NCBI GenBank assembly: GCA_965200175.1
Contig: OZ241345.1
Location: forward strand, 2,575,684 to 2,639,683
Direction of reading: 5' to 3'
DNA from: Pseudomonadales bacterium
GTDB lineage: Bacteria > Pseudomonadota > Gammaproteobacteria > Pseudomonadales > Azotimanducaceae
Length of the DNA: 64,000 bases
Below, in pieces: positions 1 through 8,893 of this stretch (its first letter is position 1; every line of letters begins with the position of its first letter). The notes below the pieces were generated by a model. The model did no database searches. It worked only from the letters and a program-made list of their open reading frames with translations, and was not told where the DNA came from. Both the position numbers and the translations under genes were made by a program.

Positions 1-111
1 CGCTACGTGCGCAAGATGCTTGAGATCGACCTCTATGACCTGTCGGTGCTGTCGTTCCAGGAACTCACCCAGGAGGTCACCGTGCAGCCGCTGGGCAAGA
101 TCGGCTTCTAG
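1..111 (+). CDS. sctV: T3SS export-gate protein SctV (FlhA/LcrD family), C-terminal tail only; gene starts upstream of the window
   Basis: Frame 1 reads from the window edge to TAG at 109-111. The tail [36 protein letters not shown] resembles the conserved C-terminal tail of FlhA/SctV proteins as I recall it. It lies directly upstream of sctN. Confidence 0.6.
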   Translation, partial: RYVRKMLEIDLYDLSVLSFQELTQEVTVQPLGKIGF

Positions 112-170
112 GATCCGGCAAGGTTGGCGCCAATGGCTTTGACGGTTCCCGCAAACGAGGGCAGGCAAGC

Positions 171-1532
171 GTGCTGCAATTGAATCCAGAAGGCTCCGGC
201 GTGCGCAGCGACCCCGACGCCGCCCTGGACTGCTTGGCCGAGATCATCGGCGACACCCCTTTGGTGGAGACCCGCGGCCGGGTGTTCGGCGTCACCGGCG
301 CCCTGATACGCGCCACGGCGCCCAACGTGCGCATTGGCGATCTTTGCCTTCTGCAGCCACCGGGCAGGCACACCGAACAGGAGTCGTCCCTGGCCGAGGT
401 GGTGGGGTTCGAAAAACGCATCGTGCTGCTCTCCCCAATGGGCAACACGACGGGCATTGCATCCGACACCGAGGTGATCGCCACCGGCCGCACCCACGAG
501 GTGCCCGTGGGCCCGCAACTGCTCGGCAAGGTGCTCAACGGCTTGGGCCAGCCTTTGGACGGTCGGCACCTGCCGTGCCCGACCACCTATCCGGTGTTGG
601 CGGAACCGCCTGATCCGATGCGGCGCAAGGTGATCGACACGCCGTTGCAGATGGGCCTGCGGGTCTTCGACGGCTTCCTGACCATTGGCGAAGGTCAACG
701 GATGGGCATTTTCGCAGCCGCAGGCGGTGGCAAGAGCACGCTGCTGTCGATGCTGATCCGCAACTCCGCGGCGGACGTGAAGATTCTCGCGCTGATCGGC
801 GAGCGCGGTCGGGAGGTGCGTGAGTTCATTGAGCACGACATCGGCGAGGAGGGACTGAAGCAGTCGGTGATCGTGGTTGCCACGTCAGAACGGCCGGCCA
901 TGGAGCGGCTGAAGGCCGCCCACGTCGCGACCGCCATCGCGGAGTACTTTCGCGACCAAGGGCAACGTGTCCTGCTGATGATGGACTCCGTCACCCGTTT
1001 CGCCCGAGCGCAGCGCGAAATCGGCTTGGCGGCTGGCGAGCCGCCGACCCGGCGCGGCTTTCCGCCCTCCGTGTTCACCGCACTGCCGCAATTGATGGAG
1101 CGGGCGGGCCAGTCGGAGAAGGGCTCGATCACCGCGCTCTACACGGTGCTGGTCGAGGGCGACGACATGACCGAGCCCGTTGCCGACGAGACCCGCTCCA
1201 TACTCGACGGCCACATCATCCTGTCGAGAAAGCTGGCTCAAGCCACCCACTACCCCGCAGTGGACGTGCTGGGCAGCGTCAGCCGCGTGATGAACAACAT
1301 TGTGGACAAGGAGCACCTGCGCGTGGCCGGGCGCTTGCGGGAACTGCTCGCCAAGCATCAATCAGTCGAGCTGCTGCTCAAGATCGGTGAGTACAAGCAG
1401 GGTTCCGACGCCGACGCTGACGAGGCGGTTCGCAAGGTGGACCAGATCAATGCCGTGCTGAAGCAGGGCCTGCACGAATTCTCCTCATTCGAGGAGACGC
1501 TTGAACGCATGCGCGCCGTGGCGGACGGCTGA
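171..1532 (+). CDS. sctN: T3SS ATPase SctN (YscN/EscN/FliI family)
   Basis: 453-aa ORF with Walker [10 protein letters not shown] and Walker [14 protein letters not shown]1-type ATPase core throughout. GTG start. Confidence 0.95.
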   Translation: MLQLNPEGSGVRSDPDAALDCLAEIIGDTPLVETRGRVFGVTGALIRATAPNVRIGDLCLLQPPGRHTEQESSLAEVVGFEKRIVLLSPMGNTTGIASDTEVIATGRTHEVPVGPQLLGKVLNGLGQPLDGRHLPCPTTYPVLAEPPDPMRRKVIDTPLQMGLRVFDGFLTIGEGQRMGIFAAAGGGKSTLLSMLIRNSAADVKILALIGERGREVREFIEHDIGEEGLKQSVIVVATSERPAMERLKAAHVATAIAEYFRDQGQRVLLMMDSVTRFARAQREIGLAAGEPPTRRGFPPSVFTALPQLMERAGQSEKGSITALYTVLVEGDDMTEPVADETRSILDGHIILSRKLAQATHYPAVDVLGSVSRVMNNIVDKEHLRVAGRLRELLAKHQSVELLLKIGEYKQGSDADADEAVRKVDQINAVLKQGLHEFSSFEETLERMRAVADG

Positions 1533-1537
1533 CCGGC

Positions 1538-1999
1538 GTGCTTGAGGAACTGCTGACGGTCAAGCGCCGCCGCGAGGACGACGCCATCGCAGCGCTCGCC
1601 CAGGCACGGCAGGCACTGGAACGGCAGCAGTCCCTGATGGAAGCCAAACGACGCGAACTCGAGGAGTACAAGGTGTGGCGCCAGCAGGAGGCCGAACGGT
1701 TGTTCGAGGCGGTGCGCAAGCAGGAGGTGTCCCGCGCCAAACTGGAACGCTACCGGCAGGAAGTCGCCCTGCTCCAGCAGCGGGAGGTGCAGCTTGGGGA
1801 GGAGCTCATTGCCGCTGAGCGCGAAGTCGACGCCGCCAAATCCAACGTCGCCACGGCGGAGCGCCAACGCATGGATGCGCACAGGGACGTCGTGAAGTTC
1901 GAGGAGTACCAAAAGCAACTGCTTGAGGAGGAGGCCGCCGAAGCCAGCCGCAGGGAGGAGGCGGAACTGGAGGACGTGACTGCCGTCCGCCGCCGTTAG
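1538..1999 (+). CDS. sctO: T3SS stalk protein SctO (YscO/FliJ-like coiled coil)
   Basis: 153 aa, all-helical and rich in R/E/Q/A. Starts 5 nt after sctN, the conserved position of sctO. Confidence 0.7.
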   Translation: MLEELLTVKRRREDDAIAALAQARQALERQQSLMEAKRRELEEYKVWRQQEAERLFEAVRKQEVSRAKLERYRQEVALLQQREVQLGEELIAAEREVDAAKSNVATAERQRMDAHRDVVKFEEYQKQLLEEEAAEASRREEAELEDVTAVRRR

Positions 2000-3804
2000 G
2001 TTCCTCCGTCGGTTGCTTCGGTCGCCTCCTCGACCCCTTCCGGCACCACCCTCAATCCCACCCGGGATTCGATCGGCGCACCATCAAATCCGGGATCAAG
2101 CTCGTGGTGGATGGTGGCGGGGAGCACCCGAGGCGTGATCAGGAAGTAGCGGGCCACGGTCCTTTCCCGATCGTTCTTCGACGAAAACAGCCTGCCGACC
2201 CAGGGTATGCGCCCCACCACGGGAATGCGCTGATTGAAGCGCGCCTGCTCGCGCACGGTGTAGCCGCCCACCAGCAAGCTGTTGCCTTCGCGGACGACGG
2301 CTTGGGTCTGTATGACGTTCTGGGCCACCTCCGGCACCCCGGTGACGGCCAGCGCCGTTCCGCCCCGCGCCCCGTCCTCAAGATGCACGGCAAGCTGGAT
2401 GCTGCGGCTTGCGGAACCGTCCGACTGATAGATGACGTGCGGACGAATCCGCACCACCCAACCGTAGGATACGGGGGCCAGATCAACCGATTCCGAGCGC
2501 TCGCCGCCCAATCGAACGTAAAACGTGCGATTGTTCTGGAACGATGCCTCCTGGTTGTCGAGCGTGACGATCGACGGTTGCGTCAACAAGCGGCTGCGCC
2601 CGGATTCACGCAAGGCGCGCAGCCGCACGGCCACCCCGTCAATATCCAGCTGATTTCGGGAGTACACCAGATTGTCGCCGGATTCACCCGGGCTGTTGGT
2701 GAACAGGGCATCCTCCGTTTCCAAGCTGAAGCGCCACTCCTCGGCTTCGCTGGAATCAATGTCAAGCACCGAAACGGCAATTTCGATTTGATCCACCGGC
2801 ACGTCGAGCTCCGCAATGAGGCGCTCGTAGGTTGGCATGCGATGCTTAAGGTCGCGCACGATGACGGCGTTCAAGCGCGGGTCGCCAATGACGAACGCCT
2901 CCTGGCCGCTGGCGCGCAATCCAATGACGCCGGGGCCGGTCGCCGCCTCTCCCGCCTCCGGCTCCTCATCGCCGTCCTGAATGAGTCCCTCGCCCTTAAG
3001 CTTCGGAACCGTACCCGCGCCCCGCTGCGCCGGCCCAGCCCCGGAGGCATGGGAGACGTTCATCAGCTGGGCGACCATCTCGGCCAAGTTGACCACGGGC
3101 GCCTTGGCTCCGGCCGCATGGTTGGCGGCGCTGTCCACGTAACCGTACTCAATTCGGAAGATGCGTATGGCGAACTCCTGGTCAAGCGCGGCGACGGAGC
3201 GGTAAGCCGTCACTGGACCTCCCACTTCGAGCGGCCCCGCGACGAACCCCACATCCTCCAGGTTTCCGGTGATTTCCTTGACTAAGTCAACGTAGCGAGG
3301 CGGCCCCGAGACCTGAAGGAGGTTCGCCGCCGGCAGAAACGTCCACTGCAGCGGCCGACCGAGAACCCCGATGGCCTCCAAAGTGGCCGCAAAGGAATCG
3401 CGTTTCGTGAAGGGCAGCGGGATGGACTCCGTAGCCAATTCCTGCACGTCGTAGAAAAAGAGCGTCGTCCCGTCAAATACCCATATGACCTGAAATTCAG
3501 AGTTCAAATAGTCGAGGAACTCTCCCGCCGGGCGGATCGGCACCGAGCCGTCCACCACTAGGTTGATCTCGTCGCTGACGACGACGGGGACCTCAACGGC
3601 AACGCCGAAGCCGAACAGCAGCGAACGCAGGGACTCGTTGTTGGCGATGTAGCCGTAGCGCTCGGAAATCCACTCAGGCTGACCCGCCCCGCCACTGGAC
3701 GCGGCCAGATCGGAAGGCGTGGGGCCGCTTTCCTCCTGCGCCGACGAGGCGGAGGCGAACGCAACAAGGAGCAGCGCGGCAAGCGCGCGCGGCCGGGCGC
3801 TCAT
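1996..3804 (-). CDS. sctC: T3SS outer-membrane secretin SctC
   Basis: 602 aa. Signal peptide MSARPRALAALLLVAFASASSAQ. C-terminal secretin domain (LLTQPSIVTLDNQEASF ... IPVVGRIPWVGRLFSS ... YFLITPRVL). Confidence 0.9.
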   Translation of the reverse strand: MSARPRALAALLLVAFASASSAQEESGPTPSDLAASSGGAGQPEWISERYGYIANNESLRSLLFGFGVAVEVPVVVSDEINLVVDGSVPIRPAGEFLDYLNSEFQVIWVFDGTTLFFYDVQELATESIPLPFTKRDSFAATLEAIGVLGRPLQWTFLPAANLLQVSGPPRYVDLVKEITGNLEDVGFVAGPLEVGGPVTAYRSVAALDQEFAIRIFRIEYGYVDSAANHAAGAKAPVVNLAEMVAQLMNVSHASGAGPAQRGAGTVPKLKGEGLIQDGDEEPEAGEAATGPGVIGLRASGQEAFVIGDPRLNAVIVRDLKHRMPTYERLIAELDVPVDQIEIAVSVLDIDSSEAEEWRFSLETEDALFTNSPGESGDNLVYSRNQLDIDGVAVRLRALRESGRSRLLTQPSIVTLDNQEASFQNNRTFYVRLGGERSESVDLAPVSYGWVVRIRPHVIYQSDGSASRSIQLAVHLEDGARGGTALAVTGVPEVAQNVIQTQAVVREGNSLLVGGYTVREQARFNQRIPVVGRIPWVGRLFSSKNDRERTVARYFLITPRVLPATIHHELDPGFDGAPIESRVGLRVVPEGVEEATEATDGGT

Positions 3805-3811
3805 CCGCGGA

Positions 3812-4069
3812 TCACTTGTTGTTGTAGTAGTTCCAGAACCGCTCCAGAATCGTGTCCGCAGCGTCCAGACCCTGCTTGACGGCGTTCAAGCGATTGTATT
3901 CGTCCGGCGGCGCCCCTAGGCGCAGCTTCGCCTCAATCCGCATCCTATGTTCAGTGATCGACGACCGGACGGAGTCCCGAAGGGCGCCTTGGGCGTCGTC
4001 CTTAAGGCCCTTCTCGATGTCTGTCGTGAAGGCTTCCGAATCGTCTTGGTTGGTCTGGGGTTCAGCCAT
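3812..4069 (-). CDS. Small T3SS-associated helical protein, YscE/PscE-like (needle co-chaperone-like)
   Basis: ATG at 4069 preceded by AGGAAAG. 85 aa. The segment LRLGAPPDEYNRLNAVKQGLDAADTIL resembles, from memory, YscE (MMRGGDAKQYQVWQRESKALESAIAII) and PscE. Ends 7 nt upstream of sctC. Confidence 0.4.
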   Translation of the reverse strand: MAEPQTNQDDSEAFTTDIEKGLKDDAQGALRDSVRSSITEHRMRIEAKLRLGAPPDEYNRLNAVKQGLDAADTILERFWNYYNNK

Positions 4070-4246
4070 GATGTCTTTCCTCTTTCCAAGGGTTGTCAGG
4101 GGGTTCGCAGTCATCAGTGTCGCAGGCGTGGGGTGCCGCCAAGCACACGGGCTTGAGCGAGCGGGTGATTTGGCCTGGTTGAACGCCGACGCACGGGCGA
4201 CCTTGGGGACGCCTCCCAAATCGCTGCTGTTTCAAGGAGGGTCGGC

Positions 4247-4756
4247 CTAGACCCGCATGTTGCCGGCTGCCGGTGCGTCGCCGCCATCGCCGGACGGCTC
4301 GCTCGGTTCCGAATCGATGGTCTGGGCGGCCTTGGACAGGGAGCCTTCAGCCAAGCTCGCGATGAAGCCTTCCGCCACGTTCACGAAGTCCTCAATGAGC
4401 GCCTCGAACTGCGGCAGGCGCAAGGTCTCCAACGGCTCCTCGCGCATCAGAACGATGCCGCCCCCGGCCGGATCCAGGGCCAAGGTGGCGCCGGCGGTCT
4501 GGGCGAAGGCGTAGTTGGCCCTGAGCAACTCCGCATAGAGTGCGTTGGCGTTCTCCGCCGGCTCAGGGGCGAGCACGCTGTATATGTAAAGGCTGCCTTC
4601 GCCGCCGCTCATTTCCAAGCTGACCGGCACGTCGTCGAACATGAGGTTGCAGCGCTGCTGGTCGTCAAAGGTCATGTCCTCGAGACCGACGGCGGCGCCA
4701 AATTCCTTGATCAAGCTGTGCAACACTGAATCAGACACGATGATGGACTCCTTCAT
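4247..4756 (-). CDS. T3SS class I chaperone (CesT/SycE/Tir-chaperone-like)
   Basis: 169 aa and acidic. The pattern LGLEDMTFDDQQRCNLMFDDVPVSLEM...GSLYIYSVL...LLRANY is typical of the CesT/SycE fold. The ATG overlaps the upstream stop (ATGA). Confidence 0.7.
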   Translation of the reverse strand: MKESIIVSDSVLHSLIKEFGAAVGLEDMTFDDQQRCNLMFDDVPVSLEMSGGEGSLYIYSVLAPEPAENANALYAELLRANYAFAQTAGATLALDPAGGGIVLMREEPLETLRLPQFEALIEDFVNVAEGFIASLAEGSLSKAAQTIDSEPSEPSGDGGDAPAAGNMRV

Positions 4757-5367
4757 ACTCTTCTGCGCGTTCTGCGGACGCCGCGCGCGGCGCGCGGGTC
4801 CGCGTCAAAGCGCTTGGGGGATTCGACGTTCTCCGGCGCGTCGGCGGCCGGACGGGCCAAGGGGTTGGATTGGGGTTGGGCAAACTGCCGCTCCAGCTTG
4901 CCGATGCGCGCGAGGGCGTCGTCGTTGCCCTGCTTATGCTCCGTGGCCTCGCAGACCCCTTCCGCGGCATCAAGCGCCAAACGGGCGTTTTCGCGCTCGC
5001 CCAAGGCCAAGTAGCACTCGCAGGCGTGAATGGACGGCCAAGGGTTGGTGGCGTCCAACATGGCGGTCATGCCGAACGCCACTAGGGCCTTGCGGTGTTG
5101 TTCGGACATTTGCTGGGTGGCCGCCAAGCCCATCCAGAAGCGGTGCTCCGCATGGTCGTTCTCCACGAGAAACAGGAACAGCTGCTCGGCCTGCTCGTAT
5201 TTGCGCTGCCGATAGGCGTTGTGGGCCAAACCATAGACCGCCTCCAGCTCGTCGCTCGTGTATCCGCGCACCGAACCCAAGGAGGCGCCTTCCAGAAGGC
5301 ACTTTTTCGTCAACTCCTCCACAGTTTGGAGTTGCTCATCGGTAATGGTTTCAAACGGATCGGACAT
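4753..5367 (-). CDS. T3SS class II translocator chaperone (TPR; SycD/LcrH/CesD family), copy 2
   Basis: TPR repeats (YGLAHNAYRQRKYEQAEQLFLFLVENDHAEHRFWMGLAATQQ...). ATG at 5367 with GAGG upstream; an alternative TTG lies at 5385. Confidence 0.8.
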   Translation of the reverse strand: MSDPFETITDEQLQTVEELTKKCLLEGASLGSVRGYTSDELEAVYGLAHNAYRQRKYEQAEQLFLFLVENDHAEHRFWMGLAATQQMSEQHRKALVAFGMTAMLDATNPWPSIHACECYLALGERENARLALDAAEGVCEATEHKQGNDDALARIGKLERQFAQPQSNPLARPAADAPENVESPKRFDADPRAARGVRRTRRRV

Positions 5368-5416
5368 CGGCCTGGACCTCGGCAAAAACGAATGACGCCC
5401 ACCCTCCGGCCACGGC

Positions 5417-6418
5417 CTAACGGGTGCTGCTGATCACTTTTTCGATCTTGTCCTTGTTGGCGTTGATGATGGAATTGGCCGCCTCAATGGCGTTGTTGGC
5501 TTGGGACAGCACGTTCTTGGTCTTGGACATGTGCAGGCTGTTGTCATTGCCCATCTGCTCGATGAAGTGCTTCAGGTTCTCCTCAAGGCGCTCCGCGCTG
5601 TCCTTGTGTATCTTGCCCCCCTCCATCCAGACCTTAGTGTACCCACCGCTGTCCCGGGTGACCAATGCGCCGGTCTCGGTTTCCCCCCGTCCCCACAACG
5701 GGATGCCGCGCGTGTGATTGTGCTCCCCCAAGTCCGTGCCATTTGCCCTCGCCGGGGATTGAGCGCCGAACTCCGCACTCGACCAATCCGGATGCGACGG
5801 CCCCCACTGCGGCCAAGCATCGTTCCAGGAATACCTGTGCCCGTCACCGTTCTTGTCAGATCCGTCAATCTGCTTGGGGTCGTCCCAGCCCGGGGAGTTC
5901 TGCCCGGTGGAAAGGCTGGGGACGTGCCATTTTTCCGGGTAAAGGAAGTTGCCGTCCTGGTCGAACTGCAGCCCGGACGCTTGGACCAGCGCCTGCGGCA
6001 CATGGTCCAGCTCCGTGGCGCCGACGGTGAAGTTAACGGTTTCAACCGGGATGGACTCCTCGACCACATTCGTGAGAAATTCGGCTTGAGCCTTCGTGAA
6101 GGTGATTTGATCGCCGGGGCCGTAATCGACCCCGCCGCCCTTGATCAAGTCCTTTTGTTGGGTGACGGTCTGCAGGATCTCTCGCGCCTGGCGCATGTTG
6201 TCGACGAACTTCTGCGCCTCGTTGAGCCGGTCGAAACCCACCTCGTTGATCACCCCGGCGCGGGCGATGTTGGCAAACGCCAAGGCATCCGACGGGTTCA
6301 TGGCCACCCCGCCGACGGTGATGGTGCCGTTGGCCCGGTCGGCGTCGGTCATCCTGATGTCCTGCGAGAGCAGGAGGTGGTTCGGTTGGGCGGCGGGCGC
6401 ATTGGATATGCTGTTCAT
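5417..6418 (-). CDS. Hydrophilic T3SS secreted protein (tip or hydrophilic translocator candidate)
   Basis: 333 aa with no hydrophobic segment. Helical ends (C-terminus NVLSQANNAIEAANSIINANKDKIEKVISS) flank a central Trp/Gly/Pro/Asp-rich domain. Lies between the hydrophobic translocator and a class II chaperone. Confidence 0.5.
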   Translation of the reverse strand: MNSISNAPAAQPNHLLLSQDIRMTDADRANGTITVGGVAMNPSDALAFANIARAGVINEVGFDRLNEAQKFVDNMRQAREILQTVTQQKDLIKGGGVDYGPGDQITFTKAQAEFLTNVVEESIPVETVNFTVGATELDHVPQALVQASGLQFDQDGNFLYPEKWHVPSLSTGQNSPGWDDPKQIDGSDKNGDGHRYSWNDAWPQWGPSHPDWSSAEFGAQSPARANGTDLGEHNHTRGIPLWGRGETETGALVTRDSGGYTKVWMEGGKIHKDSAERLEENLKHFIEQMGNDNSLHMSKTKNVLSQANNAIEAANSIINANKDKIEKVISSTR

Positions 6419-6447
6419 GGCTTTGTCCCGGCGGGCTCCTCTTCTCC

Positions 6448-7731
6448 CTAGGCTGGCGTTGCGATCTTTGAGGCGGTTTGGTTCGAGTTGGAAATGATGT
6501 CATTGACCGCCGCCCTGGACTCCTGCATCTGCTGCAGCAGCTTCCTGATCCGGTGCAGCTCCTCCATGGTGATCTCCTGAATGCGCGCCAAGTCGGCCCG
6601 CGCCTCATCAGCGTCCGCTTGGGCGTTTGACGCTTGGTAGTTGTACGCCCCGGTTGCGGCTTGGGTGCCGGCACCGCCGGCCTGGCCCGCAGCTTGGGCG
6701 AGTTGCGCCACTATCCTGAGCTTGTTGGCGGTCTGAACCACCTTTGCGGACGTTGAGGCCGCCTGGCCTGCCGTCGTGGTCGCACTGGTGCTGGCCGTCG
6801 AAGCCGTCGAGGCCGCCGCGGTGGCCGCCGTGGTGCTGGCCGTCGAGGAGGCCGTGGCCGCCGTGGTGCTGGCCGTGCTGGTGGCCGCCGCCGTCGCGGT
6901 TGATGCGGTGCTGGTCGCCGCCGCCGCCGTGGTCGCGCCGCCGCTGGTGGCCGCCGAGGAGGTCTGGGCCGCCGTGCCGGCCACGCTGGCGCCTGCCGAC
7001 GCCACCCCGCCCGACGCCGCCCCGAAGCTCATGACCATCGCGATGAGGTTGACGACGAGCAGGGCGACGGCCATGGAGATCTGGAAGATCATGGCGTCCT
7101 TGCCGCTGAGGTTCATCGCCTCCATGGCTTTTTCGGTGGCGCCGGTCTCCTGGGCGATCATCATGGCGGTCATCGCCGTCGCGGCCACGGCCAGCGGCGC
7201 CGCCGCCGCTCCGCCCGATGCCACGGCGACGACGCCGACCGCCAGCCAAGCCAGGCCGACGCCGATCCAGCCGAATATCTTGCCGATCTTGCTGCTGTTC
7301 TTGGCCTTCTCCCGCGCCTTCTCCATCTCCTCGATCTTATTCAGCGTCTCCTCGTGCTTCTCCTCGCGCTCCAGCTTCTGCGACTCAATGCGGGCCTCCG
7401 ACTCCTTGACGGTCTCAAGCCCCATCTTGGACTGCATCGCATACAGGAGCAGAACCAGCTGCTCCGCGTTCATCTTCTTGGGCAAAGCCAGCGCCGGCGG
7501 CGGGGTGGCGCCGTCGTCGCCTTCAACAGCGAGGTTCACGAAGGCGGAATCCGGCGCATCCACGCGCAGCCCGCTGCCGGCGGCCCGCTGGGCCGGCCGG
7601 TTTTGAGCGGCCTGGGAAACACCCTGCGGATCGGCAACCCCCGGATCACGCCTTACCGCATTCTCCGCCTCCGCCTCCGTTGCAGCGGGAGGGAGGGGCG
7701 CGTGGGCAACGCCGCTGACGCCATCATTCAT
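6448..7731 (-). CDS. T3SS hydrophobic translocator (YopB/EspD/SseC-like pore former)
   Basis: Two long hydrophobic segments (IFGWIGVGLAWLAVGVVAVASGG..., AMIFQISMAVALLVVNLIAMVMSF). N-terminal coiled coil, Ala/Ser/Thr-rich tract, C-terminal helix. ATG at 7731 overlaps the chaperone stop. Confidence 0.7.
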   Translation of the reverse strand: MNDGVSGVAHAPLPPAATEAEAENAVRRDPGVADPQGVSQAAQNRPAQRAAGSGLRVDAPDSAFVNLAVEGDDGATPPPALALPKKMNAEQLVLLLYAMQSKMGLETVKESEARIESQKLEREEKHEETLNKIEEMEKAREKAKNSSKIGKIFGWIGVGLAWLAVGVVAVASGGAAAAPLAVAATAMTAMMIAQETGATEKAMEAMNLSGKDAMIFQISMAVALLVVNLIAMVMSFGAASGGVASAGASVAGTAAQTSSAATSGGATTAAAATSTASTATAAATSTASTTAATASSTASTTAATAAASTASTASTSATTTAGQAASTSAKVVQTANKLRIVAQLAQAAGQAGGAGTQAATGAYNYQASNAQADADEARADLARIQEITMEELHRIRKLLQQMQESRAAVNDIISNSNQTASKIATPA

Positions 7732-8326
7732 CTCCGCCTCCTTGCTTGCTCGCCAGCAAGTCATCCAAGGACATTCTCAGCAGCTTGAGCCGCCCCGCCG
7801 CTTTGGCCTTAAGGTCCGGGACATCGCGCAGCGCTGCTTCCGCAGCCTCCGGAGCCCCGGCCAAAATCATGCACTCAGCCACGTCCAGCAGCAGGTCCGG
7901 GTCCGGCGCAGCCGCACACTCCGCGGCCACTGACAGCGCCGAGCCGGCGGCGAAGTGATCCCGCATCATCTGCCGACATCGGCCGAGCGCCAACCAATAG
8001 TCGAAGTTCAGGTGGTCATAGAGGCAGAGCAGTTCAAAGCCCACCACGGCCTGCTCATAGCGCCCGGCCACGTAGTCGTTTCGGGCAGCGCCGTAAAGGC
8101 CCTCAAGCCCCTCCCGGCCGACCTCGAAGACCTCCGCCAAGGTGGAGGCCTTGCCTTCGCCTTGATGGGTCGGGTCAGCATCGGTCCGCCCAGCGCTTGC
8201 GCCACCGGGCCAACCCGCAGCCACGGCGTCCGCCGGCCTTGCTGCCTCAAAATCCCCTTCTGATGCCAATGCCGTCCCCAATTTGCCGGTTGCGCAGCCT
8301 TCTGCCGTTCGCCATGCGCTTGCCAA
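7724..8326 (-). CDS. T3SS class II translocator chaperone (TPR; SycD/LcrH family), copy 1
   Basis: TPR core LEGLYGAARNDYVAGRYEQAVVGFELLCLYDHLNFDYWLALGRCRQ. The start (TTG at 8326) is uncertain. Confidence 0.7.
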   Translation of the reverse strand: MASAWRTAEGCATGKLGTALASEGDFEAARPADAVAAGWPGGASAGRTDADPTHQGEGKASTLAEVFEVGREGLEGLYGAARNDYVAGRYEQAVVGFELLCLYDHLNFDYWLALGRCRQMMRDHFAAGSALSVAAECAAAPDPDLLLDVAECMILAGAPEAAEAALRDVPDLKAKAAGRLKLLRMSLDDLLASKQGGGDE

Positions 8327-8350
8327 GCCGCAAGCAGGCCGAGCGGCGGC

Positions 8351-8668
8351 TCATATGCGCGTCATGCGCCTCGGCGGCCTGCGACGAGCCTTCGGCGCCT
8401 GCGCCTTCGCGGTGTTGGCCACCAACGCCGCCTCGTCCTCCGCCAGTTCGCGATGCAACTGCGCGAGATCCTCATCGATCAGCTTTTGCAGGTCCGGCGA
8501 GCAGGCGCCATTGCGCACCAGCGCCAGCACGTCATCGGCGCTGCCGAGGCCGACGTTCTCGATCATCGCACCCATCTTGGCCTGCACCGCACGGGCCTCC
8601 TCAACCGAAGCCTCCGCCTCAGCAATCAGCTTGTCGATGCGCTCGTCGCGGGTGTTGCCTTCACTCAT
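8351..8668 (-). CDS. Small helical protein, LcrG/PcrG-like (tentative)
   Basis: 105 aa. The central MIENVGLGSADDVLALV and the basic tail KARRRPPRRMTRI recall LcrG/PcrG as I remember them. First gene of the translocon operon, as lcrG is in Ysc systems. Confidence 0.35.
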   Translation of the reverse strand: MSEGNTRDERIDKLIAEAEASVEEARAVQAKMGAMIENVGLGSADDVLALVRNGACSPDLQKLIDEDLAQLHRELAEDEAALVANTAKAQAPKARRRPPRRMTRI

Positions 8669-8725
8669 GGTCAGTGCCCGTCAGTTGAAGCGGCAACGCT
8701 ACACCATTGGCATATTGAAGGCAAT

Positions 8726-8848
8726 GCGCCTCTCGCCCGAAGGGCGAGAGGCGGTTGGAGTTTCGCTGGCGCGAAACTCCGCGCGCTCGTCGCGTGGGTC
8801 AGGTTCCGACCCGACGGTTCGGGCCGATGTCCTACGGCCTGTCGGGCC
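8726..8848. repeat. Family A composite palindromic (REP/MITE-like) element
   Basis: Hairpin CCTCTCGCCC-GAA-GGGCGAGAGG, then GGAGTTTCGC-TGGC-GCGAAACTCC, then a GGTCAGGTTCCGA module. Intergenic. Confidence 0.8.
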
Positions 8849-8893
8849 AAACGCCACTAGGCGCGGCTTGTGCAGGGCGATAGTCTTCGAGCC

